Below are positions 37,331-48,289 of a stretch of DNA of 64,000 nt, one piece after another (within the stretch, counting starts at the first letter, position 1; each line of letters opens with the position of its first letter). The notes beneath the pieces are model-generated. The model did no database searches. It was not told where the DNA came from and saw only the letters and a program-made list of their open reading frames with translations. The position numbers and the translations under genes were made by a program. The DNA comes from a virus, in IMG/VR virus record IMGVR_UViG_3300028025_000090; one strand, given 5' to 3'.

Positions 37331-38142
37331 AATAATTTATTTATAATTTCATTTATATTATTTTTTGTGTGAAATCCCATATCATTTATTTTCGATGTAT
37401 CCAAATACATTGATTCAACTTGTACTATTTTATGGAAATCCGATGGTTCCATGTTTCCTATTTTGCTGGAAGAATCCAGTGCTTGATATGCATAATCTAT
37501 GATATCTCTGAATAAAATTGGCTTTCCACCTGATAAGTTATACGTTTCACCATTTTGCCCTTTGTCCATTAAAAATTCAATACCAGACACGACATCATCT
37601 ATGTGAATATAATCTCTATAAAAATTACCATTATTATAAAGATTGATTGGGTTGTTTTCCCTCATCTCATTTATCAAATATTGAAGAGCGTTTTTCTTTT
37701 TTGAAATTTTGGAATCAGAATTTCCAACCACATTACCCAATCTGATTATTTTATAATCAATATTGAATGTTTTACAGTAAGAATGAATTAACAATTCAGC
37801 CGCATATTTAGTTATAGAATAAAATCCTCTTGGATTGCAAATCGAATCCTCTCTAGCTGGAAGGGTGGTGTCCCCATATACAAACCAAGAACTTATAAAG
37901 GTAAATTCCATACCTTTTATTTTTCTACATTCATCCAATACGTTCATAAGATGAATCAGATTTGTATTTATATCTAACTTAGAATCCGTTAAAACGTTGT
38001 AATTATCAACAGTGCTTATCAAATACAAAACTTTATCACTAATAGGAGTGAAAGAATTTCTATCTATAATTGCTACATCAGACTTCTTTTTATCACAAAA
38101 AGCCTGTCCTATAAAACCACTACCACCAAATACAGATATCAT
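37327..38142 (-). CDS. NAD-dependent epimerase/dehydratase
   Basis: GGSGFIG, SSWFVYG, YSITK. Confidence 0.9.
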   Translation of the reverse strand: MISVFGGSGFIGQAFCDKKKSDVAIIDRNSFTPISDKVLYLISTVDNYNVLTDSKLDINTNLIHLMNVLDECRKIKGMEFTFISSWFVYGDTTLPAREDSICNPRGFYSITKYAAELLIHSYCKTFNIDYKIIRLGNVVGNSDSKISKKKNALQYLINEMRENNPINLYNNGNFYRDYIHIDDVVSGIEFLMDKGQNGETYNLSGGKPILFRDIIDYAYQALDSSSKIGNMEPSDFHKIVQVESMYLDTSKINDMGFHTKNNINEIINKLL

Positions 38143-39425
38143 TGGAATTTTGAAATTACGTCTTCGATATAATCAAATACTGGCTGCGTGTAATGCGGTG
38201 CAGCCCCGACAAAAAATACAGAATTCAACACTTTGTTAGCTTCAGGATATTTTCTATAATCATCCAAGTCTTTATATCCAGGATGTAAGAGAATATTTCC
38301 AGCAAAATAATTTCTTGTTTGAATTTTATTATCTTCTAAATGCTTGACGATTCTATGCTTAACACCAATATCTTCGCAGATGAATGGTGTCCCGAACCAA
38401 CAAGGATCTGCTTTTTCTAAAACTTTCGGGCTTCTAATATTGGAGATGTGTTTATTGAAAATTTCTGATATTTTACGATTAGAATTTCTTCTATTGGATT
38501 CCATTTCATCCAATTTTTCAAGCTGAACCAAACCAATAGCACCTTGTAAATCTAAAGGTTTTAAATTATACCCCATTTCAGAAAAAACATATTTATGATC
38601 TATAACACCGTCAAAATTCTCCAGCCAATTATCAAATCTGTTACCACATGTTCCACAAGGGAGCAAATTTGCAGCCCCCACACAGTAACAATCTCTACCC
38701 CACCAACTCAAACTCACGAATAATTTTTTAAGTTCAATGTCGTTTGAACACACCATACCACCCTCTCCTGTCGAGATGTGATGAGCAGGATAAAAAGAAT
38801 TGGAATACGCTACATAGTATTCATTGAGATATTTCCCATCCCACTTACTTCCCAAACTATCGCAATTATCACCTACCAAAAGAATCCCATGTTTTTCGCT
38901 AATAGCGATTAACTTATCCATATCTGGCGGATTTCCTAAAACTGGAGAAACAAAAATAGCTTTTGTTTTATTTGTTATTTTGGATTCTATTTGTTCTAGA
39001 TCGAAGTTTAAAGTATCCCATTCAATATCAACAAATACAGGAGTTAATTTATTTTGATAAATAACAGAAACGGTAGTGGCGAATCCAACAGGAGATACAA
39101 TCACTTCATCTCCGTCTTGCCAATTAAATCGTCGTTTCAATGCTGAAATTAAAACAAGATTCGCAGAACTTCCAGAATTCACCATATGCCCATATTTGGT
39201 ATTAAACCTTTTAGAAAATTGACTTTCAAATTTATGAACCTTTTCTCCAGCAGTGATCCACTTACCATTTAAAAATGAATCTAATGCTGCTTCAGTTTCT
39301 CGATTATCCCAGTATGGACCAGAATAATATATTGGAGTTTTTCCATGTTTAAATTCTTTAGCATTATAGATATAAGGCGATACATGATTGCCTACCAGTG
39401 TTTTAATATCTTCTTTTAAGATCAT
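38139..39425 (-). CDS. rfbH: CDP-4-keto-6-deoxyglucose 3-dehydrase (RfbH/DdhC, E1)
   Basis: SFYPAHHISTGEGG (His in place of Lys), GRDCYC...CG.RF Fe-S motif, NSGSSANL. Confidence 0.88.
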   Translation of the reverse strand: MILKEDIKTLVGNHVSPYIYNAKEFKHGKTPIYYSGPYWDNRETEAALDSFLNGKWITAGEKVHKFESQFSKRFNTKYGHMVNSGSSANLVLISALKRRFNWQDGDEVIVSPVGFATTVSVIYQNKLTPVFVDIEWDTLNFDLEQIESKITNKTKAIFVSPVLGNPPDMDKLIAISEKHGILLVGDNCDSLGSKWDGKYLNEYYVAYSNSFYPAHHISTGEGGMVCSNDIELKKLFVSLSWWGRDCYCVGAANLLPCGTCGNRFDNWLENFDGVIDHKYVFSEMGYNLKPLDLQGAIGLVQLEKLDEMESNRRNSNRKISEIFNKHISNIRSPKVLEKADPCWFGTPFICEDIGVKHRIVKHLEDNKIQTRNYFAGNILLHPGYKDLDDYRKYPEANKVLNSVFFVGAAPHYTQPVFDYIEDVISKFQ

Positions 39426-39427
39426 AA

Positions 39428-40075
39428 TTATTTTATAGTTGAATTAAAAATATAAGGTTCGAATCTCTCAATTACATAAGGAGCATCTTCCACATTTTCC
39501 AAGAATTCTAATACCTTCTTGTAAAATGTCAAGGGTCTTAATTTTATTTGATTTTTGGAAATTCCAAAATGTGCGCCTGGAGTGAATTCAAAAAATTCAG
39601 GACATTTACATTCGAAAAACAATTTCCAAGAATCCTCTAAATTAAGAGGTCTTACCCACATTCCACTTCCTGTTTTATCACATGTTAATATCTTTCCACC
39701 AAATTGATTAGATGGCTGTAAAGCCCACATTGTTCCTATGCTATTCCAATGATACCCCCAATATTCTTCGAAATGTTGACTAGCTTTCTCATTCCAAAAT
39801 TCTATGTCTCCATTTATAATATCTGTATAATTTTCAATATGATCGAATGGATAATCTTGTGAAAAAAATGTATAATCTGCTAAATTTTCATATTGGGATA
39901 CTATGTGGTAAAAAAACGTGTGAACATCTCTACCTATATTGTTTTCCAAAAATATCTCATTTGAATGACTTATCAAATTCCCTTTTCTATATATTTTAAC
40001 AGATACATCTGGATTTATTTTACTGATCCAACTTATATCTCTATCATATAACGATATCACTAATTCTTTGTTCAT
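39428..40075 (-). CDS. DUF3431-like protein
   Basis: NIGRDVHTFFYHI...Y...F.Q..P.DH; FTPGAHF. Confidence 0.7.
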   Translation of the reverse strand: MNKELVISLYDRDISWISKINPDVSVKIYRKGNLISHSNEIFLENNIGRDVHTFFYHIVSQYENLADYTFFSQDYPFDHIENYTDIINGDIEFWNEKASQHFEEYWGYHWNSIGTMWALQPSNQFGGKILTCDKTGSGMWVRPLNLEDSWKLFFECKCPEFFEFTPGAHFGISKNQIKLRPLTFYKKVLEFLENVEDAPYVIERFEPYIFNSTIK

Positions 40076-40076
40076 A

Positions 40077-40721
40077 TTAATCAAAAATTCCTTTTTTACC
40101 ATGAAAAGCAAGTGGTTTAATCCCTATAGTTTCTGGTAATTGAGTTTCATGTGAAAAATATTTAGCAACATCAATATCAGCAAATTTCATCCCATGCTCT
40201 TTGTATACGTGACGATAATTGACACATATAAATCCATCTTCGTTAGTAAATCCATGGAAAGGTTTCCACTCTAATTTTAATTCTGATGCTAAATCTGTCA
40301 ATCTTTTACTTCTCAAAGAAACACTATTCCCGACTCGTATTAACTCACCATTTATGTCTCTGAATGAGAAATCATCATTAGGAAGCGGCCATGGTGCGCC
40401 GATGTAATCATATTTTAAAAATTCATCTCTCCACATTTCAGGATTAATTATAAACCCATCATCATGAATCAAAATTAAAAATTCTGTATTCACATGTTTC
40501 CCTAATTTATAAATTATATCATGATTCCACTCGTCTATATTTGACATTTTTTCAGTGAATTCATGAGTGATTTCATCAGGAAGATTTTCGGGTATAATGT
40601 CAGAAACAATTTTAACAGCCCCAAAATTTATACCACGCATACTATACTGCAAAGCTTTTATAGTCTGTGGAATTTTCACAGATGTCATGGCAATTAATGT
40701 AACATTTGGAAGATTGATCAT
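40077..40721 (-). CDS. DUF5672-like glycosyltransferase-related protein
   Basis: HDDGF, YDYIGAPW, GN..SLRS, NEDGF, FHG. Confidence 0.75.
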   Translation of the reverse strand: MINLPNVTLIAMTSVKIPQTIKALQYSMRGINFGAVKIVSDIIPENLPDEITHEFTEKMSNIDEWNHDIIYKLGKHVNTEFLILIHDDGFIINPEMWRDEFLKYDYIGAPWPLPNDDFSFRDINGELIRVGNSVSLRSKRLTDLASELKLEWKPFHGFTNEDGFICVNYRHVYKEHGMKFADIDVAKYFSHETQLPETIGIKPLAFHGKKGIFD

Positions 40722-40724
40722 ATT

Positions 40725-41591
40725 TTATTGTTTAATCATGTGGTGATATTTTTCAATATTATCTAACAAATATTTTGGATAAGATTCATCTACTGCGACT
40801 AATTCAAGTTTACTTCTTGAAAACGGATCGATATTATTCTCAATATTGAAATTAATTTTATCGAGAATATCTTGATTATTGAGTTCTTGGTGTGAATAAG
40901 CCTTTATTTTATTTTTAACGTGATCTTGATCACCCATAAAACTAAAGTGCCACCCGCCATTTGATAGCTCACAATTTTTTTGCGCTCGTAGTTCATTAAA
41001 TGAATAGTGTTTAATATTTTTAAATCTACTGATCCGAGAACCTCTCCAATTGTATTCTTTCAATAAATTTATATAGTAATAATAAGTAGTTTGCTGGAGG
41101 GTGAAGAACGGCTCCATATCAATAAACTTATCAACTTTTGATAAAATTTCAGGGTTCGGGATCTCATCACAATCGGACAATATGATTATATCATCGTCTG
41201 AACAATTCACTAATCCCCTTCTTACAGATTCTTTTTGAAAGAAATCCCGCCCATAATGGGGGTGTATTTCAGGTATAAATAATTCAGTGTCATTTATAAA
41301 TTTGTATATATCCTTTAAACATTCTTCATCGAATGATTTGGGAGTATCTATTGTTGGCAGGTTTGTGAAATCTGTTGGAATATCATCAATTTTAATGTGA
41401 ATTATTTTATGGAGAAATTTGGAAAATCTCTCTTTATTATCTTCAAAAATATAAGATTTTGGAAGACCACTATGGGTAACATCTGCTTCACACAACACGA
41501 AATAATCGACATATTCATCTAGTATATTGAAGCGAAGTTCTAATAAATCTAATTCATTAAAAAATATAAAGCAGTCGTAGATTTTTCTCAT
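40725..41591 (-). CDS. GT17-like beta-1,4-GlcNAc transferase
   Basis: YDCFIFFNELDLLELR, SDCDEIP, GGWHFSF. Confidence 0.88.
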   Translation of the reverse strand: MRKIYDCFIFFNELDLLELRFNILDEYVDYFVLCEADVTHSGLPKSYIFEDNKERFSKFLHKIIHIKIDDIPTDFTNLPTIDTPKSFDEECLKDIYKFINDTELFIPEIHPHYGRDFFQKESVRRGLVNCSDDDIIILSDCDEIPNPEILSKVDKFIDMEPFFTLQQTTYYYYINLLKEYNWRGSRISRFKNIKHYSFNELRAQKNCELSNGGWHFSFMGDQDHVKNKIKAYSHQELNNQDILDKINFNIENNIDPFSRSKLELVAVDESYPKYLLDNIEKYHHMIKQ

Positions 41592-42499
41592 AATATATTG
41601 TGTTGTTTGTAAAATTGTTGAGCTTCTTCTCTACACTCATCATAACTAAACATATTTCCATCACGATCAATATAATTAAAAAATCTAGAATATACATCTC
41701 CAGTTGCCCAGTAACCATTGCTTACATTGTGTCTAGCCCAATATTTTGGAGCTATGATCTCTTTACATTTTGTATTCAACCACGCTGCCCACCATCCAAA
41801 AGATGAATTGGATATAATCAACCATTTAGCTTGATTCACTACATAAAAATCAAATCCAACATCAATATGAACAGTTGGGATATCAAACGGCATGAATGTT
41901 TTACTAAGATTTATATCATCAGTAATAACCAAGAATTTCATATTTGAATTGTTTTTCAACATATGATTTATTGAATCCCTCCAATATTCTCTCCTCAACA
42001 AAACATTATATAGTCCTGTATATTCCCCCCCTCTAAAATTAATTACACATAAGTCATCATCCAAAGAAATACCCATATCCAATAATTGATCGTCGTATTT
42101 TTTCCTATAATCATCATTAATCGAGAACCATCGTTCGACATCAAACTTTCTATCTATAATATAATCTTCTGATTGGAATAATCCCCCAAACGCACCATTA
42201 TCACCCAACATTATAGTATTATCTTCAATATCGTAAAGACGCTTATCCAAGACGGTAATATTGACTTGATCAACGTGATGAATATTTAACCATCTCTCGT
42301 GAAACTCTTTGGTTATACCCTCAACTGGTTTACCGAAATCAATATTCATGAATTTCATCTGATTATCCCCATTGAAATAATCATGAGTGGGGGAAGAATT
42401 GATACCCCACTCATAACCTTTATGTTCTGCAATAGTTCTACATACGGCATATTGCCACATGTGATTCCCTAAATTTCCTGTTAAATTTGTTGTAATCAT
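41588..42499 (-). CDS. Second GT11 fucosyltransferase-like protein
   Basis: GNLGNHMWQY, INFRGGEY, SNSSFGWWAAWL. Confidence 0.85.
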   Translation of the reverse strand: MITTNLTGNLGNHMWQYAVCRTIAEHKGYEWGINSSPTHDYFNGDNQMKFMNIDFGKPVEGITKEFHERWLNIHHVDQVNITVLDKRLYDIEDNTIMLGDNGAFGGLFQSEDYIIDRKFDVERWFSINDDYRKKYDDQLLDMGISLDDDLCVINFRGGEYTGLYNVLLRREYWRDSINHMLKNNSNMKFLVITDDINLSKTFMPFDIPTVHIDVGFDFYVVNQAKWLIISNSSFGWWAAWLNTKCKEIIAPKYWARHNVSNGYWATGDVYSRFFNYIDRDGNMFSYDECREEAQQFYKQHNIL

Positions 42500-43197
42500 T
42501 TATTATATTTCGATTTAATGTAAATATGTTCCTTGTCAATCATATTACTAGTGGTTGCTTGAGTTGTTTGACCAGCCCAAGTTCTTACTACTCCCAAAGG
42601 AATGCCACTTTTCAAAATAGTCGGTTGTCCATATTTTGTGATCATTCTGTGATAGAATTCTGTATCCATCATATATGAAAGTTTCTCATCGAAGAAATTA
42701 TCATCATTGATAAAATATATTACACTTGGTGGTCCTAATGAATTAACACCATCGATAAAATTATTATTACTATACGGAGTTCTTTGATTGTAGTATGTAT
42801 TTAAATCACCATTTAAATGTGTATATTCGTGAGCATACCAAGGATCACTCAAATTACTCAAAATATGTTTCAATGATTTTGAGTAATAAAAAAGATCATC
42901 TTGAAACAGCGGTTTTATATATTTTCCAGAGCTATGTTTGATGCAGCTATTTAAATTTGCCGACATCGATCCACGCCCATAAGAATTTTTAAAATATTTA
43001 ATATTCAAATCTTTAAAATTATCACAACACTTCTCAATTTCATTATCAAGAGAATGGTCAGAAACGATAATTTCAACATTCGATAGATCGCATTCCTGTG
43101 TTCTTATAATTGATAATGACTCGCTCAAATACTTCGCCCCAACCCCACTCATTTCGTAGCAAGGAACACATAATGATAATTGTGGTTTATCCGCCAT
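42496..43197 (-). CDS. Glycosyltransferase family 2
   Basis: CVPCYE, VSDHS, NLN, FQDD. Confidence 0.8.
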   Translation of the reverse strand: MADKPQLSLCVPCYEMSGVGAKYLSESLSIIRTQECDLSNVEIIVSDHSLDNEIEKCCDNFKDLNIKYFKNSYGRGSMSANLNSCIKHSSGKYIKPLFQDDLFYYSKSLKHILSNLSDPWYAHEYTHLNGDLNTYYNQRTPYSNNNFIDGVNSLGPPSVIYFINDDNFFDEKLSYMMDTEFYHRMITKYGQPTILKSGIPLGVVRTWAGQTTQATTSNMIDKEHIYIKSKYNK

Positions 43198-43198
43198 A

Positions 43199-43816
43199 TT
43201 ACTTCAACCAAGTATAATCACATTTAGAATCATCAACATCACTATAATCATCATCCTGCCATGCTACGGACTTTTCACCGTTTTTCAAAACGTAAGATGG
43301 AAATGCTCTATGAAAAGCTGCATAATAAACATCTACAGGTGCATTCGCTTCAGCGATCAAGTGTAGTATTTGAGGTATAATATCACATTTGATAGCATAT
43401 GCATGTGTTGTCAGAGATGACACCATTCTAAATACATTATTTTTAACATGTGTCAAACCATTCAAATGATTACCACCCAAGTATAAAAATTTCCAATCAT
43501 CGGGAACATCCACTAAGTTATTCTCGAAAAAAGAATTTAATCCTTCATCAAATGATATATCATCTTCAAATATTAGTATTTTTTCATATCCTTCTTTTAG
43601 AGCTTTATTCAAAATATTCCAATGGCTAGATAAGCAAGCTAGAGGTCCATTTGCTATTTTCGATTCATTTTTAATATTATTTTTATCGATAGCAGAAAAT
43701 CTGTCAACAATTATACCATCTCTTTCAAAGAGATTGGAGCATTTCTCCCATCTATCTGGTCGTCTATCCAAATTTATACAATAAATTTTATCAAAATATT
43801 CGTTTAATTTTTTCAT
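43199..43816 (-). CDS. Glycosyltransferase family 25
   Basis: CINLDRRPDRW, CLSSH, IFEDD, THAYAI. Confidence 0.88.
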   Translation of the reverse strand: MKKLNEYFDKIYCINLDRRPDRWEKCSNLFERDGIIVDRFSAIDKNNIKNESKIANGPLACLSSHWNILNKALKEGYEKILIFEDDISFDEGLNSFFENNLVDVPDDWKFLYLGGNHLNGLTHVKNNVFRMVSSLTTHAYAIKCDIIPQILHLIAEANAPVDVYYAAFHRAFPSYVLKNGEKSVAWQDDDYSDVDDSKCDYTWLK

Positions 43817-44502
43817 AAATCAGCAACATCTTTGTTATATCGTTCTCTCACTTGTAAACCCAATTTGTAGAGTTGAACACTATCATGAGTCCCTCCGATA
43901 TCAATATCAGTGTCTCCATTGTTAGGGTTATATTTCTGAACTCTCCAAGACATACCTTCGTAATGTTTGAAATATTTATTCTCCATTTTAGCATTTGCAA
44001 CTGTTAAATCCGCTTTGATAACATCTTCGAACATCGTAGATCCAATATCATATATTCTTTCGGATTTTATTTCTTTGGTTCTATGATGATCATAAAAATT
44101 AATGTCATGCTCTTTTAATTGTTCTAAATCTATAAAACAAAACCACGGATTGACTCTTGGGTATAATGACTTCCCACCACGATCACCGACAACTTCTCCC
44201 ATCAATACAAATCCACCTTCTTTGAATTTCTCATATGGTTTTTTTATATCTTTCAAAAATAAAACATCGGAATCAACGAGTAACACGTATTTTGTTTTCA
44301 CTAAATCAAACGCTGCATTGACAGCATTTCCATGTGAAGTATTCAACATTTTAACGTTTTGAAAATCCATCATTGGATGTTCACCAGTATCTATTATCAG
44401 TATTTTCGGTAATACTGGACAATGTTTTTCTATAGATCTTTTAAGATTTATAATAAGATCAGGTGTATTATAATTACACGTTACAATCGTCAAATCGTCC
44501 AT
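43813..44502 (-). CDS. GT2-like glycosyltransferase
   Basis: VTCNYNT, IIDTG, LVDSD. Confidence 0.7.
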   Translation of the reverse strand: MDDLTIVTCNYNTPDLIINLKRSIEKHCPVLPKILIIDTGEHPMMDFQNVKMLNTSHGNAVNAAFDLVKTKYVLLVDSDVLFLKDIKKPYEKFKEGGFVLMGEVVGDRGGKSLYPRVNPWFCFIDLEQLKEHDINFYDHHRTKEIKSERIYDIGSTMFEDVIKADLTVANAKMENKYFKHYEGMSWRVQKYNPNNGDTDIDIGGTHDSVQLYKLGLQVRERYNKDVADL

Positions 44503-45335
44503 TTTTTCTTAATTTCTTTTAAAGATTTTCCAAAATCATCCATTTCAACTAGATGTGTTTGTATTGGTAAGTGACCATGTTTTTCGACGAAAACATCATC
44601 AGCTTTTTTAACATTTTCCATGAAAGACTGGTCGGAACAAATCGAAGATGTTTCAATCGACCAACCATCATCACCGATATATTCCCAAGAATTTTCAATA
44701 TCAGCAAACCACCAAAAAGGAGGATGATATCCTTTTTTAATAATCTCATACGTGTGATCAACATGTTCACAAGCATTATAATATCTTTCATCCATCAACC
44801 CAACATCATCTAAACATTCCCTTGAATAATATGAAAATGCCCCCACACAATGTTGATAAAATGATATTCCAGTATCATCATACTTGATAGTTATTTTGGG
44901 ATTAGCAATAATCTCTCCCATATCATTGCCAATTTTATTAGCAAAACCATGTTGTGAGAAATTGAAGTGTTGAATACCACTTTTCTTAGAAGCGTCGATA
45001 TATGCTTGGAAGATGTTTGGATTTTTAATAAACATATCATCTTCAATCAGAAAGATATGATCACATCCTGCATCAAGAAGATGCGCCAATGCGCTATTCT
45101 TAGCTTTGGCGACACCTAAATTTGCAGTTGGGGTGAACACTGCGATGTGTTCACCCTTCCAAGATCTTGCAATATCGACAGCGTAATTATCATCATAACT
45201 GCGATTGGTTTTAGTATCCTCAACCACATATAAATAATCAATTTGATCACCACAATCCAAAAGAGAATTGAAAAGCTTCTCAAACATGGATTTTCTTCCA
45301 CATGTGATAATACCAACTCCGATTTTTTCACTCAT
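44490..45335 (-). CDS. GT2-like glycosyltransferase
   Basis: GIITCGR, GVAKAKN, LIEDD, VGLMDERY. ATG 45335 follows the NAMPT stop. Confidence 0.75.
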   Translation of the reverse strand: MSEKIGVGIITCGRKSMFEKLFNSLLDCGDQIDYLYVVEDTKTNRSYDDNYAVDIARSWKGEHIAVFTPTANLGVAKAKNSALAHLLDAGCDHIFLIEDDMFIKNPNIFQAYIDASKKSGIQHFNFSQHGFANKIGNDMGEIIANPKITIKYDDTGISFYQHCVGAFSYYSRECLDDVGLMDERYYNACEHVDHTYEIIKKGYHPPFWWFADIENSWEYIGDDGWSIETSSICSDQSFMENVKKADDVFVEKHGHLPIQTHLVEMDDFGKSLKEIKKKWTI

Positions 45336-45336
45336 A

Positions 45337-46929
45337 TCAAAAATTCTTTGCAACTCGTTCACGGATTTCAGCAAGAGTCCAATCCTTCATAAGCTTTCCA
45401 TCAGAGAAGACGTTCACGAAAGCACAGTTCTTGACATCATCCCAAGTTGCTTGGTCTTTCATAGTAAATCCATCTTCGGTTTCATAAACCGCAATCAGAC
45501 CTTTAGCGGATTTTTTGAGTCCATCATCAGTCTTAGGGTCTTTGAAAATTTCAATACCTCGACGTTCACCATTAACTAGAACTTCTCCATAGGTGGATTT
45601 GACAGCAAACCCGTGAGTATCTCTAGTAATAATAGCATCAGGAGTTACAGCACCTTGATAGGTGAAGCTACCGATACCATATACAATGTTGGTAGAAGCA
45701 AATCCCTTAGTGGCAAGACGTTCACAAATTTGAGTAGCACGTTCAAGCGTAATGGAGTCTCCGTAGATTGCTCCGATGTGGCTGTCAAGCTGCTTATATC
45801 CAGTGCTGGTTTCGGTACCACCGAAGATTTCCCAAAGGCACACAACCATACCCTTGACTTCAAGCTCAGTGATTTCTTTGGTGTAAGGTGTTGGCGAGCC
45901 ATTTTTATGCGATACAATATCAAAGATGTAATATTTTCCATCGCGAACTTCATATTCATCAGGCAAATAGCCAGTCACAATCTTAACTGGATCACCAGAG
46001 TCAGGACGAATCACAACCTTGCCATCACGAGCCATAATCTTATCCTTCAGTTGAGCAGCAATGCCGCCATCAGGATTGACAACGTTCCAGAAGTCCCAAG
46101 TATCAGACACAATCGAGACAATACCACTTGGATAGAGTTTGCTAATAATACGATCGAATGTACCAATCTCATCTTCAACTCCACCCATACACATCACACT
46201 GTGTTCCGTAGCTGAGACGCTACCGCCAACAAGTTCCTTATCAGAATCTGCATTATAATACTCTTCGAGATAATCAATAGCAGGAACTGTATCTGTGCCA
46301 GTGAATGCGAGCAAATGAGCAGCACCGCTTTTAATAGCAGCATCAAATCCAAAGTGTCCACGGAAACTAAAGTCGTGTCCTTGCCATGGGACAAAATCGA
46401 TCATTTCAGGGTTAGTCTTATTAGCCCATTCATTGAGAATTTGACGATACATTACAGCAGTGGTAGCACTGGTACAACCACCCCAAAGATTAGCACTGAT
46501 AATGGTTTCAATAGCATTCGTTAGCCAGAAAAATTTATCGTCAGTATTCCACATGACAAACATGGGGACTCTAAGATCAACGGCAGAACCTTCTGGCAAC
46601 GCCCAAATTTGAAGAGGGAGATATCCAAGAGCATGAAGATCACGAATATGTTGCTCACCAATACCATTTGGTCCTAGATAATTTTTAAGACGACGATTGT
46701 AATCTGCAACGACTTCTTCAACATCCTTGGCAAAGAATTCATCACCCCATTCTTGGATTAGATGTTCCTTGATAAATGCCTGTAATGAGAAGAAAATAAC
46801 TTTATTCAATCCTTTAACGCGAGTGCCACGGGCAGTCATATTAGAAAAGACTAATAGACTATTTTCTGGATATTGACGACGATGATCACATTTGTATCCG
46901 TCGAAGCTGAGATGTGGTTTCTTTTTCAT
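45337..46929 (-). CDS. Nicotinamide phosphoribosyltransferase-like (Namat/NadV family)
   Basis: FDGYKCDH, HDFSFRG, SATEHS, SIVSDTWD, VIRPDSGDP, YGDSIT, KKSAKG. Confidence 0.92.
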   Translation of the reverse strand: MKKKPHLSFDGYKCDHRRQYPENSLLVFSNMTARGTRVKGLNKVIFFSLQAFIKEHLIQEWGDEFFAKDVEEVVADYNRRLKNYLGPNGIGEQHIRDLHALGYLPLQIWALPEGSAVDLRVPMFVMWNTDDKFFWLTNAIETIISANLWGGCTSATTAVMYRQILNEWANKTNPEMIDFVPWQGHDFSFRGHFGFDAAIKSGAAHLLAFTGTDTVPAIDYLEEYYNADSDKELVGGSVSATEHSVMCMGGVEDEIGTFDRIISKLYPSGIVSIVSDTWDFWNVVNPDGGIAAQLKDKIMARDGKVVIRPDSGDPVKIVTGYLPDEYEVRDGKYYIFDIVSHKNGSPTPYTKEITELEVKGMVVCLWEIFGGTETSTGYKQLDSHIGAIYGDSITLERATQICERLATKGFASTNIVYGIGSFTYQGAVTPDAIITRDTHGFAVKSTYGEVLVNGERRGIEIFKDPKTDDGLKKSAKGLIAVYETEDGFTMKDQATWDDVKNCAFVNVFSDGKLMKDWTLAEIRERVAKNF

Positions 46930-46931
46930 AT

Positions 46932-47342
46932 TTATTTTGTATTTTTGTTTATTTTTTCTAAAAGTATTTCTAAAGTTTCTAGAGCTTGTCCTAAACCCGC
47001 TCTATCACAAAGTAAAAGATTATAGTAAATCTTACCATCGTTTCCAATTTTGTCTAATAAATTTTTATTAATTCCTTGAATTTTAATGAGATTGTCTTCA
47101 AAAAATTGTTCAATTTTTTCAAATCTTTCTTTCTCCGAAGCAGTGAAAACAATCAATTTGAAATTATTTTCATTACATCTTTTCAAGATATTGATAACTT
47201 CTGAGGTATCATAATCGTCTTTATAAGGGCAAACTGTGTCATCAAAGTCTACTGCAATAATTAAAGAGTTATGTTCTTTCCATTGTTGAAATAATCTCTC
47301 TGCACAATTTTCAGATTTTGTAAAAGGATGATTATATCTCAT
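46932..47342 (-). CDS. HAD-like protein
   Basis: IAVDFDDT, FTA, and KIYYNLLLCDRAG (variant of the YIDD motif). Confidence 0.75.
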   Translation of the reverse strand: MRYNHPFTKSENCAERLFQQWKEHNSLIIAVDFDDTVCPYKDDYDTSEVINILKRCNENNFKLIVFTASEKERFEKIEQFFEDNLIKIQGINKNLLDKIGNDGKIYYNLLLCDRAGLGQALETLEILLEKINKNTK

Positions 47343-48268
47343 TGGTATTTGATTTTAAAAGTTGTCAAACCAGCGAATTTTAAGATATCTGACCAATTTT
47401 GCTTACTATTGGTCGTGAAAACGAAGTCAAATTTACGTGAAACATTTTCAACCCCTTCTTGGCAGTCACTGTGTGTGGTAAACAATCCCAAAGAACCACA
47501 ATTTTTCTCTTTCAATTTTTCAGCAAGACCCAAGAATGTCCCACCTTTACAATTGATATCATCGATTATCAATGTCGGTGCGCCCTCAACAAGTCCTTCA
47601 CCAACGTAAAATTCTTTCAAAGAACCGTCTTTAACGTCTCGAATTTTTTCACATCGGACGAGATGATAAAGATGAGTTCTATCTTGATTGGATAGATACT
47701 CAATGATTTTCTGAACTCTTTTACCAGCACCAGCATCAGGACATACGATATTAATATCCTTACCATTCGACATTTCCAAAACACTTTGCAACACCCATTC
47801 ACGTTCATCTAAAATATGAACATTATTGATCAACGCTGGTGTAACATCACTATGCGGACACAGAATAGATACCTTATCAAATCCACAAGAGTTGATCATA
47901 TCCGCGAAGATTTTCAAAGTAAAAGCCTCTCCTGTATTACAAATTCTATCTTGTCTTGCTGCTGGGAAATAGGGTATGAACAATTCAATATTTTTGATCC
48001 CCATACGGCGAACAGCATCATTGGCTATTACGATATCGATCAAATCCGACACCGAATTAATACGGTGCGTGATCACCATATTACCATTATATAACGATGA
48101 TTCGATTTTAAAATTTGGTTCTCCTGCTGGAAAAAGTCCTTTGGAAAACTTAACTTTGAAAATTCCGCCTTCATAATTTTCAAAAGGATCAAAATTCTGA
48201 TCCAGATTGAGAACATAAAGCTCTTCGCTTTCGTTTTTCCAAGTAATGTGATTTTTTTGTTTCATCAT
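47339..48268 (-). CDS. PRPP synthetase-like (Adps family candidate)
   Basis: FPAGE, PYFPAARQDR, PHS, PDAGA, KIRD, IIDDI..GGTF. Confidence 0.9.
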   Translation of the reverse strand: MMKQKNHITWKNESEELYVLNLDQNFDPFENYEGGIFKVKFSKGLFPAGEPNFKIESSLYNGNMVITHRINSVSDLIDIVIANDAVRRMGIKNIELFIPYFPAARQDRICNTGEAFTLKIFADMINSCGFDKVSILCPHSDVTPALINNVHILDEREWVLQSVLEMSNGKDINIVCPDAGAGKRVQKIIEYLSNQDRTHLYHLVRCEKIRDVKDGSLKEFYVGEGLVEGAPTLIIDDINCKGGTFLGLAEKLKEKNCGSLGLFTTHSDCQEGVENVSRKFDFVFTTNSKQNWSDILKFAGLTTFKIKYQ

Positions 48269-48289
48269 GTTGCGATTGTAACCTAGTTT

